Part shown: one piece after another, positions 63,968 to 64,000 of the stretch | Numbering within the stretch: the first letter of the stretch is position 1 | How the letters are laid out: every line of letters begins with the position of its first letter | Virus record (IMG/VR): IMGVR_UViG_3300042516_003202 | Length of the DNA: 64,000 nt | From: a virus | Direction: 5' to 3' (one strand) | Position numbers and translations under genes: made by a program | The notes under the pieces: generated by a model | Seen by the model: the letters and a program-made list of their open reading frames with translations, nothing else | Told to the model about the DNA's origin: nothing | Database searches by the model: none

Positions 63968-64000
63968 AATTAAAAAAAAGTAAAGGGTTTGAGTGAAGTG

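Noticed and set aside
1-64000. tRNA/rRNA genes, DGR, transposases
   Set aside because: No cloverleaf, reverse transcriptase or transposase motifs recognised by eye; tRNAscan-SE would be needed to exclude tRNAs formally.

Overview
Segment of a T4-like cyanophage (cyanomyovirus) genome; essentially all genes are on the minus strand. 1-13.6 kb: replication/recombination and middle genes (gp44 5' part, gp45, CobS-like AAA+/CobT-like vWA-peptidase pair, gp46, gp47, gp55, UvsW, UvsY). 13.6-55.4 kb: AT-rich late virion module (gp3, gp23, gp22, gp21, gp20, gp19, gp18, gp17, gp16, gp15, gp14, gp13, a 2350-aa virion protein, gp8, a 4239-aa gp7, gp6, gp25) with T4-type TATAAATA late promoters. 55.5-58.1 kb: speD, a glycosyltransferase and small ORFs. 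After a gene-free switch region (58.1-58.4 kb) the DNA turns sharply GC-rich and becomes a tandem array of 21 micro-genes (49-88 aa). Almost every gene is preceded by its own copy of a ~70-bp module: TGA-containing CTGATCCTCAC box, GC hairpin, sigma70-like -10, and an SD-less C-rich leader running into ATGACC. This promoter-microgene cassette array is the most notable feature. Other highlights missing from the ORF track or hidden in intergenic DNA: an NblA-like ORF in the late module, candidate capsid-targeted internal proteins, and a near-consensus antisense sigma70 promoter upstream of gp55. All family assignments come from motif recognition by eye; no database search was run.
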